NCBI GenBank assembly: GCA_051294905.1
Contig: CM119372.1
Location: 20,090,001 to 20,154,000 of the forward strand
From: Botryllus schlosseri
Lineage: Eukaryota
Direction of reading: 5' to 3'
Length of the DNA: 64,000 nucleotides
Shown: positions 52,701 through 64,000 of the stretch, one piece after another
Numbering within the stretch: position 1 is the stretch's first letter
Layout of the letters: every line of letters starts with the position of its first letter
Position numbers and translations under genes: made by a program
The notes under the pieces: generated by a model
Seen by the model: the letters and a program-made list of their open reading frames with translations, nothing else
Databases searched by the model: none
What the model was told of the DNA's origin: nothing

Positions 52701-55700
52701 AATTCGATATACGACATAGGGAAGATATGATTTCGCTGGCACAAAGCGCCAGACGTGGATGACCGGAGCTGTGGCAAACGTATCTGAAAAGAAAATCGAT
52801 ATGCTTTGTTGACATCGTTCCACGCAGCGATGATCGGTGTATTGTATTTTGTGTATAGCAGCAAGGGTGCACAACTGGACATATGGGCAACGTACAGCCC
52901 ACAGGATATATCCGTCCAAGGTTTTCCAATTCAGGATACTTGATACAATTTGAGCTAAGCTAAGGTGGGCAAAGAGAAGGAACAGAAAACACCAAAACGC
53001 TTACGACGCAAGGCTTCTGATATTCATGGCACTAAATTTCTATCAAGAAGTGACCCACCCTCACATTCCTCACAACATTTGGTAACAGGTGGTATGAAAT
53101 AGTCATGGTCCAGATATACAAAATTATTTTGGACGATATGTATGGGATCATTTTCCTCGTTCAAGTCCGTATTACTGTTATGGTATTGTAACAGTCGGTA
53201 CTCAAATACTCTACTTGATGCCTAATGCTCAAATCGGAATAGAACAAACTGGAAACTTGATTTTGTTCAGTCCTAATAAAGACCCATGTCCTAATATCAC
53301 TTTAGGAACAGGAACACCGAGCAGAATAGGACTTGATACATGACACACAGTGCTCCAACGTCAGTGCAAAATACAACAGTTTCAAGATTTAAAAAAAATA
53401 ATGATTCAACCAAAACGATTCTACTCCGAGAAGTCAAACTCCCGTCGAGGTAACTTTGTGACGACCGCATTCGCCGAACTTACTTTGTGATGGTGACGAT
53501 GTAGTCGGCTTTAGAGGTTCGAGGGTTCACGCCGAGCAATAACTTATCGAGCGTCGTCACCAGGACAGGACATCCGCCTTCCCTCATGCACGACAAAAAC
53601 GAATCCTGCAACAAGGAATTCAGAAACTGGTGACGAATTATGTAATGACAGTAACTCATTTTTATTATCATTATATTATATATGATTGTAAAGTATTATG
53701 CGAGAAATTGTCACAACAACTGGGCGAAATAGCTCTATCATAACAGTAACTGAAAATAAATTCGAAAATCGCTGCTATCTGTATCGTCATTTGTTACTTT
53801 GCAGCACTCACAAATTCAGTAGTTCTAATTCTAATCTAATTAAGGAAAGATGAAAATTTTCTAGTTGTAGAAGTCTGCTACCAACGCCCAACCTGAAGGT
53901 TTAAAGCGTGCTGTATCAATCGCAACGCGAGGAAGCCGGCTTCAAGCAACGGCTTCTCGGCGGCCCGGTCCACATAAAACCGATCGAGGTACGAAACACA
54001 ATTCTCGGCGACTTCCATCACCTGACAAAAACAAAATCTGTCACGCCGCCGCACATACAAGGCGCGACCAGAAAACTACCGTTTTGAAAAAGTTTCCTTC
54101 GTTCATGACGTGCAGCAGCAGAAGGTATCCGGGCGGTTTGCCTTGGTTTTGCGACATAGGGGCGGCGGCGCCTAGCGTGCTGTTCATCGACATGTTGAAA
54201 GAGTTCTATAAGAGTGATTGCAGGTTCCTAAAACCAGCTGCTCGAAAGTAATGCAAAGCAACCGACAAGAGAATGACGCCGGGTCAATAGTAAAGCGGGA
54301 CAAAATCAGAGTACCAAGTCGAGTATCGGAGTACCGCCAATTATGACATAAAAACAGCGAGACGAGACTTGGAGGTGTTCAAATACGTGTTTTTATTATG
54401 ATCACAAATTAACTTATGTCACAGACTCTAATAGCAAAAATTGCCACTCAGATTCGGGCGCACGAGAATCATTGTGCCCAGCCATAGTCAGAAGCCTTCA
54501 AAACATCACTGATCATAAAGATTGACAGGCATTCCGAGTCAACCAGAGTCACACCAAACTCGGACAACTCTTAGGGCGGAGTTCGTAAAGTTAGCTTACC
54601 CGGGAGAATGCTAATCGTCCGATTAAAATTGTTTAATTGCGGCGCATAAAGTTGAGTAAGATTTCGCGCGAGGGTTGTCCAGAGTCGTCTGGTGAAATTT
54701 TGAAATCCAGTCAAGGAGAACTCAGTCAGCCACGATTAACGGTTTTTAATCAGGCAATTAGCATTCTGCCGGATAAGCTAACTTTATGATCACCCACCCA
54801 CGGAAACGTCGTTTTGTGATGAGGATAAAAAGGCATCAGTAACTCGGTAAGCTTTATGCATTTCCAACAGAGCCAACAGCAAACGGACACCGTTCAAAGA
54901 GCACTAAAGACGACACTGAAAACGGATACAGCACCTGGCTCATAGACCCGGCAAACCTCGAAAAGCTACTTTCGACAGGTTTTGCATCTGCGCTGAAATG
55001 CTCCGGATGCGGGACGTACTGCTCCAGCAGTTTGATGAAGATCCTTAAACTGTCAGCGGCGACCTGCAACAGTTTACCGTCACGAATAAAAGCCCATCAA
55101 CGTTGGCATAAAGTATTTTTTTGTCAATCGGTCGTCTCTCAACACTGGTTTCATATCAAACGGGCGACAAATGAACATTGTATAGATACTCCCCCATTAT
55201 GAATCGGGCTAAACGCAGCAACAAGAGAAATCAATGTCTATTTACAAAGATGAAAGCGTCAAAACAGTGCCCAATGCCTAAAAGCTTGAAATAGTGCCAA
55301 AAGGTGGAATTAGGCACCCTAGCCTTCCGATTGGCAACACTGGACGACACATTCTTTACCAAATTTGTAAAAAAAATTGCAGACTAACAGGAAAACATTC
55401 ACAGTTAGCGATACAATACCGCCACATCCCACTGCTAAACAGCTTTGCAACTCTTCGAGTATCAAGTCAAAACCATAGCCACCTCATATTTCTCTTCGAC
55501 TCTTTTATACGACCTCGACATGAACTTGAAGAACACGTGATCCACCGCGAAACGTAAATACGGCTCGAATCCGATAGCGCGCGATCCCGATATCAAACTA
55601 AAACGAAAGCTGACATGAGAAGGTCTTGTTGACAAGACAAAGTCACGATGTACTTGACGAGGTTCTCGGCATCAAGCAAGGAGCCGGTCAGCTTCAAGAA

Positions 55701-58700
55701 GGCGCGGGTCATGTGATATTGTTCTTCTCGAGCCTCCACGTCTTCCAGCTCGGCGGAAATCGACCTTCTCATCGCAACGGCGGCTGAAAAGATGAAAAAT
55801 TGACCGAAGGCTTGAGCATATCGGGATTCGTAAAGCTTTGATCTGCTTTCACCGTACCAAACTACTGATTACTGCACTTTCGTGTCGGTTTTGGCAGTCA
55901 GCTTCATATCAACATTGCACAGCCTCTGATTACATCAAGAATTGGTTGAAGTAGTAACATTGTTGATATTCAAGTAGTAGTAGAATAGAAGTAGATTTAT
56001 ACACAAGCAGGTGTAGAAGTAGTGATTCCCGAGTCATCTCAACACTACTTCAATTGGAAGAAGAAAATGCTAGATCTCTAAAAGTACTAAAGCAAGTGTA
56101 TGTGTTCTATACCTTATATGGGCAGAATTTGGGATCTATTGAGTCACCTCCATAATAATGAATATCAGCAAAATTTTACACTGCGTGTAAGTCCTTAAGT
56201 TCTCTGAATCATTTCCAAATATGAGTAGCCCAAACACACAATCGCTTGAGTTAAGCAGCACAAGTAGGCAAAACCTACGCGTGTACTTCTAAAATGTAAC
56301 GGCACACTGTCACAGAGAGCGTTAATAACATGTAGTACGAGTTTTCGTGCAAATAACCTGTCTGCGGATTCGCGTCGACGATGGTGTCCATGGCTTGCAG
56401 CAGTCCTAGCGATATCTCCGGTATTCTGGCGAGCTGATTCAAAGCGAGCAGGATGTCGCCTTTGAGAACGGCCGGCACGTGACACTGCAACAGTCCCAGC
56501 AGGCCGCTGCACGCGTTCCAAGTCGGATGCTCGTGAACAGCGACGCAAGCCGTGTCATCCTGTTAGAGATGGCTCTAAAAGTCCTTGTTCTATGGTTGCA
56601 ACTACTAAACCATACATCAATGACTTCATTGCAGCCAAAGAAATATGTCCATCACATTAAACCGCGGGTTCTTAAATTGGGGTTCGCAAACTAGTTTTAG
56701 TCCATGAAAGAGCAGTGTTGAAATCCATCATAAAGACACTGCAAAAGTAGATTGTCCTTTGGTAATGAGGCCACGAAGGGGACTGTGAAAGTAACGCCCC
56801 TTTTTTAGTGATTAGGTAGCTATTCAGGCATGAAGTAGCCTAGCGATGACCTCTTTTATAGTTACCAGCTTTCGAAATTTGCAGTGTACACGCAACCACG
56901 AAAACTTGAAGGGTATCCGCGCTCATAATAGAAAACTACCGAGAGCCATCCAAAAAGGAGCTTACGTATCGCACTATCTTTGCCAGCAACTGAAGAACCG
57001 CACGCAGCCCTTCCACTTCCTGCGGCGTTATAACCATCTGCGCAGTCTGCTACAATCAAAAAACTCCAGGTTACACAGATTCCCGACTGTTTAGCACCAA
57101 CGTCACTCACTTGAGGCAAGGTCTGTGCCGAGGCCGGGCCCAGCGTTTGGACAAACTGACCGGGCTGGTCGCGAAAAGACTGCTCCTGCTTCAGGTTGTT
57201 GTAGTAACGGTGGATGGACGAGAAGAAATGGTCCCAAGACACGGTGCTACCCTCGGAGATACCGCCTGTGAAAAAATATCGCAATTTTGACGCCATTCAA
57301 CTCGCGGTGGTTCAGACTGGTCCATCAAAAACCGAGCAAGTCGAACTGCCACTGTCGACGAAATACGGAAAAACAAACAGCCAATTGTAAATGAAAGATC
57401 TGAAAAGTACTCAAGTAACTACTAGATCTTGTCAAGGGTTCGGATACTATTAGCAGTTAATTGGAGGAGGACACCTCCGAAACTACCTGGCGCATCTTCG
57501 TGACTATCACAAAATGACTAATGGCAATAATGCATAATGCAAATAGGTAGAATCTTCAAAAATATATTCACCTACCATGCTACGGGGGTTATTTCACAAT
57601 GGTCACAATTTCTAAAACTTGGAAGCTATTGGAGCGCTAGTAAGTAGTGCAATACATTTAAATTGCCGTCGCTCCATTGCCAGGCTTTTTTTCGATTAAT
57701 CTCAAGTGGTACCGCAGGTTCAATTATGATAATATTCGGTCTAGTAAATTCAAATCATTCCCATATCTGCTTAGGTACGTACTCGAGGTCAATTGAAAAT
57801 CCGGCATTGCCGTTGAAGAATTCCTCAGAATAATTCAATGTTATTCACAACAAGGTAAATGCCATCAATCGAAACTGCACGGCAGCTAGCGAAGGTGACA
57901 ATTACGAAACCACTTTATCAGTCGGCAGCCTGAAATCAAACGAACCAAGGCGAGTCAAACCTGAATTGGATCCATTTGCTCTCAACATTTCAAACGCCAT
58001 CCTGGCGCTGTACGGCCCGGTCGAGAGCGCCGCCAACATTTTCAAATACGGAATATATAACAGTGGCGGGAGCATATCGCCAGATTGCCTCAGAAATTTG
58101 AAAAGCGATATCTGTGAATGGAAAAGCGGCAGTGAATTTACAAAAACTCGACCGAGTCAGTGTGCGAATTGTACATAAATCCATGCGTATATATTTATCT
58201 GTTAACCAAACCGAACGGATGACAGCATGAGATAACAATAGCAGACTTTGAATCCGCATCATTTGACTGGCAGTGTCGCCGATAAAATATTCAATACTGT
58301 TGTTACATGACAATCCCAATTTCAGTTAGAAAGACTGATTTTTTGGACAGACACCGGTTCGGATTTGATTTTGCAGAATTGCCCCCACGTAAAATCCAGT
58401 ATACTAACCGATTTGATGATTTGCTCTCAAAAGTTTTATCTACTGGTAATACTAATTTCAAGTTTGACGGTGTTTATGCAAGTCCCCTTAAGCGTCGTCG
58501 TGTTGATCAGTCGAGACGCAGCGATGCAATAGGAATTACTTAATGACACCACTAAAATGACTGTTTGCAGTTATGAGTCAACTTATAATACACTAATTTT
58601 GTATTTTTCAATTCGGCCAGAACTAACGGCTGCATAAATTACTAGTACCATTTACATAAAGAAAATATCAGTACAACGTTGCAGAACTCTCACGGACCAT

Positions 58701-61376
58701 GAGATCTTACACATTCGGATATATATTGGCCGTCTGTATGTAAGGTCACAAAACATCATTGTGCAATTTATTGCGCGTGTACGAGAGCAGGATGCTTGGG
58801 CTGTCGCGCACACACACGTCTTGAACGATGATAAATGCCAACAATGGCCTCTTGATTACACTGGACTTTCCCCCGGGTCATTTTCAAGGTTTTTAGAATT
58901 AAAAAAGGTGTGTCGGAGGCTTGGTCACACCAGTTAATATTACTACACCCGGTGATTTTTGTGGTGAATTACGGAAGTATATGCAAAGGTACGTTCAGAT
59001 GTGTTACAATCGATAACCAAATCAGATGGATCGGAAACTCTACGTAATCAATAGCCTAGTTGCCCGAAAAGGAGGTGTGAATACAATGGCTTAATAACAC
59101 TATGTAACAAAACAGGTTGAATTTTTTGTTTGTCTTGATATTATAATGTGTTTGGCATATTTAGGAGCGCTGGTTCCATTAATGCCATTAGTTTTTCGCT
59201 ATCATCTATCATTACCCCTCTGCGGGGTGGGGAATGGAGTAGGGCTAAACTGCACTACATAATGAATACACAAATAACATTTAGCATTATGTCATTATTA
59301 TTGAGCTGTGGATTTAGGTCTTTTATACATAGATTTGGATAAGTGAATGAACTCCAAGGCTTATTTAACTCATAAATGCTGCATTGTTGTTATAATCTGC
59401 GTGAGGAATGGTGGATTTTGGCTAGTATTGCAAAACTCTGCTTAAAAACTATTTCTTTCTCCGTTCAAGGATTTAATGCATTAGTAGATATTATCATGGC
59501 AGAGTCACTTCATTATTAGTGGGATAACTTTCATTGCAAATTCATTTCACGTTGTTGTTTTCGATACAGAATTCGAAATTTGTAGTAGTCAATGCAAAAT
59601 TCACTAAATTTATTTTGTTCATTATTGTGGATATTTTGTTAGAAGTAAACACATTTCAAATAAGATAGAGATAGAAGACAAGTAGTGGGCAGGTCCGGAC
59701 TGCATATCGTCATGCCTGGAGAGTACCAAAATAATGGCTGGACTCAAGAGGTACAGGAGTTCCGGCAAGTTGGGTTATATCATTTGTCATTCTGACAGTT
59801 CAGAGAGAGAGAGTAAATCATTATGACTACTGTCATACCTTTTGTATGATAAGCATAACAAAGTACTAAAAGGTCAAGGGAAGAAAAGAACTGACTTATC
59901 TAAGTATATCATCATCTATTGCACATGCACATTTTCGCAGTAGGGGAGTTTGGCAGTACCAGCCCACAACAAAACGTAGACCTATAATGATGATAGCTAA
60001 CATTGCTTTAACATGTTGATCATGGCCATGAAATAGAGTAGGTATGCTTTTGATGTCTATCTATGTCTATATCTATGTCTAATGATGGTTCAGAAAAAGC
60101 TCTTCATGCTGAATTGAAAATCTCTTCCCTGACCAAATGGGGTCGGTTTTGCACTCAATAGTTTTCAAAATAAGAAAGTAACATATCATATGACAGCTGA
60201 CTTCAAGGGGCACCCACTTGTTATATTTTAGTCATTGATATTTGATTCCTAGTTGGTCTAAATTAATTTGAAAACGAAACATTGTAAACTAACAGAAAAA
60301 AAACAAATACAGTTGTAAATATAAAAGTATCTATGACACGAAAAAACTATTTAGATTTTCAAACTCAGCGCCCGATAAATCACACACGTCAAACATCAAA
60401 ATCTGGAGTTCAACAATAATGCACTAGTGTAATAGATGCATGTAACCTAATTCACAATCATCACGAGGCGTCGAAGCCTTCAGACGTAAACTAATGAAAT
60501 GCCGGGTCACATCTCAGATTATGGCATTGGTCCATGTATTTACATGTGAGGCGCTATCGCTTGTCCAACTGTACCTTAGCGTCGAACAACGGCAAACACC
60601 TGATAATGTCGGGCGCTGCTACGTCAGAATCAGCACTTTGCAAACCCTACTCGCAAAGTGTTGTCTGAACGCGCCCCACTACAGATCCATATCTACACTA
60701 CCCATTAACAAAGTAATGATACTCAAGAAAATCACCTGTCTTTGAGGTAGCCTCTGATGCAGCCTCGACGATCCAAAATAAGAGCTGGTCTGAAAAGCAT
60801 CGGAAGCGGGACACCAAAATTCGACGGAAAGTTGAAGGTCGGCTTCGTCGCTTTTATACAGATCGGTGATCAGTTCGACAAGCTGAAAAAATAGTTAGAA
60901 TGAAACTATTATCGCGACTCCTTACAGCATATTGACATCTTCGAGAACCGAAACCATAATTTGCCTGTATTTCTCTCACAACAGATAAGAATGAACTCAG
61001 AGACCTGTGGTTCTTCAACAGAAGCCCTGCAGAATCAGGACGGTAGGACATGTCTTCGTAGTTCGGATATGGCATGGAACCAGGTTTAACATTACAAGTT
61101 TGATGCAGTCTGGCCAATATCAATGTGCAATTGTGGATATATATCCGCACAATGAAACAGATGAAAACCGCTCGCGATTAGGCAAATGCTTGATTTTGGG
61201 CGATTCAAGTCAACAAACACCAGTCGTATATTGCCGAAACATGCGGGTGCAGAAGAAAAAAATCCAGCGGTTACGTGTTTGAAATCCTCGCGTAGAGTTG
61301 GAGGCTCCTCTTTCTGCATGACGTGAAGAAGAATGATACGAGCGACCTCGTCGCCACGATTCTTCATTTCTTTCAC
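28705..61376 (-). CDS. NUP205: Nuclear pore complex protein Nup205 (5'-partial, 35 exons traced)
   Basis: In-phase exons: 61275-61376, 60736-60882, 57961-58111, 57111-57265, 56966-57037, 56358-56559, 55654-55783, 55483-55597, 54935-55063, 54080-54205, 53893-54021, 53484-53605, 52572-52783, 52305-52453, 52040-52236, 51609-51673, 51427-51545, 47114-47350, 46596-46706, 46446-46535, 45791-45937, 45580-45731, 44809-44920, 43850-43982, 42403-42537, 42220-42340, 40096-40513, 39781-39915, 32106-32210, 30936-31086, 30716-30870, 29759-29872, 29531-29702, 29390-29472, 28705-28854. Peptides match remembered human NUP205 in order (LYIPYLKML, VSWDHFF, GLLQC, PRTCLH, NRQRSHTQRL, LYVYEQKMAFL, RYRQLLFPAL, LWRHL). 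Confidence 0.95.
32461..34668 (-). mobile_element. R4/Dong-clade non-LTR retrotransposon, 5'-truncated copy C
   Basis: ORF pieces 34208-34636 and 32730-34211 (1-bp frameshift); RT motifs IDYKKAFDSV, GIFQGDSFSP, FMDD; CCHC knuckle; RPDIIV..IE..K RLE; ~270-nt 3'UTR ending AATAAAGAATATAATAA. Confidence 0.92.
32730..34211 (-). CDS. RT C-terminus/thumb, CCHC and restriction-like endonuclease (copy C fragment)
   Basis: 493-aa ORF with CRMC..ETVAHLMSGC and NRPDIIV..IELAVP..EKYSKY. Confidence 0.8.
   Translation of the reverse strand: MKFGLDKCSKLTIRRGRATSTGDMNFKMDETITELNAEDHYKYLGICESDNIKHAAMKSSLKKEYISRLKSILKTELNSKNKINAINSLAVPVLRYSFGVVNWRKDEIKKLDTKTRKLMTMHHMHHPKSDTQRLYIPRKKGGRGLQEIEQTFKTEIIGLSQYINNSDNIYCKLIAQEDKQRKTKSLSYRHDKYAREVNLETANLYTAENTVAKPTTIAKAARVRYKNATLKMRETIWESMPLHGQHKKLTSQPHVDELSWTWLSSSGLKPASEGFSFAAQDQSLPTKYYRKRILKQNTDGKCRMCHNQNETVAHLMSGCGALAATEYTWRHNRIGHYIHLELCKHFNITTSTKNWYDYSPAPVTENEQVKILWDVPVITDREIRSNRPDIIVKLKKKRECLFIELAVPADHNLQQKESEKYSKYADLKMECEKMWRCKINIVPIVIGATGVVSKKLMRHIQQIPGNVRFDMIQKITLLGTVHILRKALNAPLD
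34669..36165 (-). mobile_element. R4/Dong-clade retrotransposon, 5'-truncated copy B
   Basis: ORF 34939-36150 nearly identical to copy C; same 3'UTR and TAA tail. Confidence 0.92.
36166..39710 (-). mobile_element. R4/Dong-clade retrotransposon, longest copy A
   Basis: ORFs 38031-39710 and 36434-38008 separated by a 1-bp frameshift in a T run; KAAGPDQI, NYRPITCL, EQKGC, FMDD, CCHC, RLE; 5' junction abuts host (TAA)n repeats. Confidence 0.93.
36434..39710 (-). pseudogene. Frameshifted RT-RLE polyprotein of copy A (~1090 codons)
   Basis: The 579-aa and 524-aa ORFs join if one base is removed from the T7 run near 38045; copy C has T6 there. Confidence 0.85.
41002..41925. mobile_element. Tc1/mariner-pogo-type MITE
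   Basis: TA-flanked termini ccgtaatattcca / tggaaaattacgg; gggtgcgtattatacatgg repeated near both ends; internal ~120-bp direct duplication. Confidence 0.85.
42636..43205 (+). mobile_element. Penelope-like element 3' fragment (GIY-YIG endonuclease plus LTR-like tail)
   Basis: CDSRYVGRTSQRLQQRIRQ...SAIGQHLL...FSILD...LKVLESTIIKLRKPILCRQ, then a hammerhead motif and aataaa. Confidence 0.85.
43159..43198 (+). ncRNA. Minimal type I hammerhead ribozyme
   Basis: Stem I ttcgcta/tagcgaa; core CTGATGA; short stem II ga-gtcgg-tc; GAAA; palindromic stem III AAGCTT; UH site. Confidence 0.8.
43347..43679. mobile_element. Degenerate hAT MITE
   Basis: TIRs cagtggttcataacct / aggttaagaacccctg; TSD ctctaatt / ctctaaat. 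Confidence 0.7.
47504..50636. mobile_element. Foldback element with ~0.8-kb inverted arms and 8-bp TSD, interrupted by a nested insertion
   Basis: Termini tagggttgtccaaaatttggaaaatc and its reverse complement; TSD gtgcacag; left arm 47504-~48290 pairs with ~48375-48937 plus 50444-50636. Confidence 0.92.
48938..50435. mobile_element. Nested non-autonomous hAT-type element
   Basis: Perfect 16-bp TIR cataggcgctgaactc / gagttcagcgcctatg; TSD gccgtggt. Confidence 0.92.
50768..51310. mobile_element. hAT MITE with gactcgagtc-type subterminal repeats
   Basis: TIRs cagggttgtaac / gttgcaaccctg; TSD cttttcgc. Confidence 0.88.
54585..54790. repeat. Imperfect inverted repeat (~60-bp arms), MITE-like
   Basis: taaagttagcttacccgggagaatgctaat...gcggc pairs with gccacg...attagcattctgccggataagctaacttta. 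Confidence 0.7.
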
Positions 61377-63087
61377 CTAAAAGGACGTAGAAGGTACATA
61401 TTTCAACTTTAGTAAACACCGACGCTACGGATGAACAGGAAACAGCCATCACGTAAACGCTTTCCCGACATTTGAGCATGCGTCACTTGAGCATATGACT
61501 TCATGAGCCTAAAACTAACCCAGACGCCAGCCCTAACCCTTATACATCCTAACCCCAACCAAAAATGTAACCCAAATGCTCAAGTGTTGCATGCCTAACT
61601 GTTGGATGCTGCTGCGTCACAGGTTATGATGTCGTATGCTCATATGACCTAGCAAATTTGTTTTCTTCCAGGAATGCAGAAGATGTTTGAAATCAAAGTG
61701 GAAGAAAGCAATACTATCCTACGTGAACAGCCGCACTTGAGTATGAGCGCCAGATGAGGTGATATCATTGTTTTAGGTTATTGCGGTTTACACATATGGA
61801 CAATGGACAGCTTTTATTTGTACAAATTTATCAATACCAACATCATGGATATTGTTCTGGTACAAGATAGTCTACAGGCGTGCTGCGACAGCACAAATGA
61901 GCTCCGAGCATGTAATGACAATGCCACCTAAACAGTTACATCATAATATCCAGATGTTGTAGGTTACATTTACTTCTATGAATACATGTTGATACTTTGC
62001 GTCTAATGATACCTTGCTATTGAGCAATAGTCGTGCATGTTCAGTTTTCACACACATGCAGGGGTTTTACTGGGGAATCTTGTCGTTGGTTGCAAGAAAT
62101 TAAATACTACACAGTAAAGTTCGAACCTTCAACGGCATGTTAACAATGAGATCGGTGATCAAACCGTGGATACGTCGGATGAAAAATTCTTCGGATCGAA
62201 ACTCTAGACACGACACGACGTTGTCCTGAAACGAAATACGGAGATTTTGACGAGTAATTCCACGAGCGATTGGAAAAATACCAGTTCACAAAGACACAAA
62301 TATTGATCAGATAAAACAAAACCATGACTAGGCCACACGTCAACATAAAAACATCACTGCGTGAAGCTTCATTGGTGTTCAACCGATACCATATTCTCAA
62401 AACTTTTCACGTAAGGCAAGTACTTCCTGTGCCAATTACAGTAATTATTAAAAGTTATTTTCAAGATAGCAGTTGCTACCGAATGTTTTGATCGCAATTT
62501 GTGAATACGCTGGTATTTATCAGGTGATCCCCCGCACTGAGAGAAAGGGGAAATTCGTCGTCGTGGATGAATAGCTCGGCCGTAGGTACTTATAAAAGAC
62601 ATAAGATCATAACTGAAAAAGGTTGCTATTTCATGTACACTGTACATTATGTATACAGTCTATTTAGCAGTAAGATAAATATGCGGAATTGCTGATATAA
62701 TATTAAGAACAAAGGTCGAAAATTTGAAAGTTATTATCTTGAAGGTATCTATATACCGTACATACGCAAATGACATGAATGTGCTGATGCCATTGCCCAT
62801 GACAAGTATAAGCCACTGGTCAACATGAAGACAAAAGCGTTTGCTCATAAACCTTGACTCAACGTGGTAAGGAACAAATAAGCAGATGGCACAAGACAAT
62901 ATCTACTCGTAACTAGTCCAAATTCTTCTATATCGTAAAAGGTAGGATAAACTTGAAATGAACAGTAGTGGTAATGGCCTGAAACTCCAGTAGTAAGTTC
63001 AGCGACAAGCCGTTGATATTCCGTGATATTAGTAGCTGATCCTTGAGGGCAAGCAGATATGGTAAGTTTGAGCATTGTGATGTGAAC

Positions 63088-63145
63088 AGTGGCGTATCCA
63101 GGGGGGGGTTTTAGGGGGTCGGAACCCCCCCCTTTTCAAAATCCT
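63088..63145. mobile_element. Left end of a probable DNA transposon/MITE (right end not seen)
   Basis: cagtggcgtatccagggggggg...ggaacccccccc terminus-like motif with a G/C-run hairpin. Confidence 0.45.
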
Positions 63146-64000
63146 AAAAATTGATGTCAAATATAGCCTCTAATATTTGCTAATTTATTAGTTTAACATA
63201 TTAGTTTTTACGTATGAGAAGGCGAATATGGCGTCTTAATGTTATTTAAGGGGACTAACACCCCTACAAAATATTGGAATTATGCGCCGAATTAGTCGAA
63301 AGGATAAAATAGGTCATTATAATTCGCTAATTCCATACGAATTCTGCACTTGTTCAGCTACATTTCAGCTGTGGCAATTGCCGACGTTCTCAACTTTCTT
63401 CCCTCGATTTCTCTCTCGCCTTGCTAAAACGAGAGACTCATTTTAGGAAAATCTAATCTAATTGGCCGACGCGATACGTAATTGCAAAGACGAAGTTGTC
63501 GGCAATCAACATCGCTCGCGAATTCGCTCCACCTGCTCGCCTTGAAATCCTAATTAAGAATTGCACGCAGCGGCGTGTTGATTGATCAGCGAGACGCAGA
63601 CACGACGGCACCAGTACGACAATGCTATTCTCAAATCCACATTGTATTCGCGATTATTGGCGAGAAATGGCCTAGGATTGACATTCACATTTCAAAATAC
63701 AAGCCTAGCAATCCACGTTCCCGATTGTTAGGTGGCTTGCTGTCGTCCAAATACAGGTCTATGTTGTCGCTGAACGGGAGAATTGAGTAGGCCTAGTAGT
63801 AAAGCCTAATTATATCGGCTGACAAGTTTCTCTGTCGATCAAGTTATTATCCCAGTGTGTACTCTGTATTAGTTGACTGACTTGCGTGCTTGCAATTAAG
63901 GTCTAATTATCTTCGCGCGTACTACACGCTCAGCCGTACGGCTAGTAAAGCCATCGAAAAGCACACATTCGTGTACGACGTACACGTCGTACACTGTTCA

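Noticed and set aside
58200..60100. Possible decayed LINE in a Nup205 intron
   Set aside because: No RT or endonuclease motif could be read with confidence.
61400..64000. Further upstream Nup205 exons
   Set aside because: No segment matched the expected preceding Nup205 peptide; the exons are probably beyond the window or were missed.

Overview
Eukaryotic (invertebrate animal-like) genomic DNA, not prokaryotic. The main gene is a minus-strand nucleoporin Nup205: I could trace 35 in-frame exons from 61376 to the stop at 28705, and the 5' end lies upstream or outside the window. A second minus-strand gene is a C17orf98/SPMAP1 homologue (7191-13709), and a possible unknown 4-exon gene lies at 16691-20990. 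Three tRNA genes (Gln-TTG, Asn-GTT, Trp-CCA) sit between these genes. Introns and intergenic DNA are packed with mobile DNA: many non-autonomous hAT elements with 8-bp TSDs, a TA-flanked MITE, a long foldback element with a nested insertion, and a Penelope-like GIY-YIG fragment ending in a minimal hammerhead ribozyme. One Nup205 intron holds a head-to-tail stack of three 5'-truncated R4/Dong-type RT-RLE retrotransposons that appear to have inserted into each other's TAA tails. The first ~6.3 kb looks like one end of a large DNA element: an intact OB-fold-like ORF, decayed USP-, OTU- and AP-endonuclease-like remnants, subterminal repeats and an AGTAGT-type terminus. All homology calls are from remembered motifs, not database searches.
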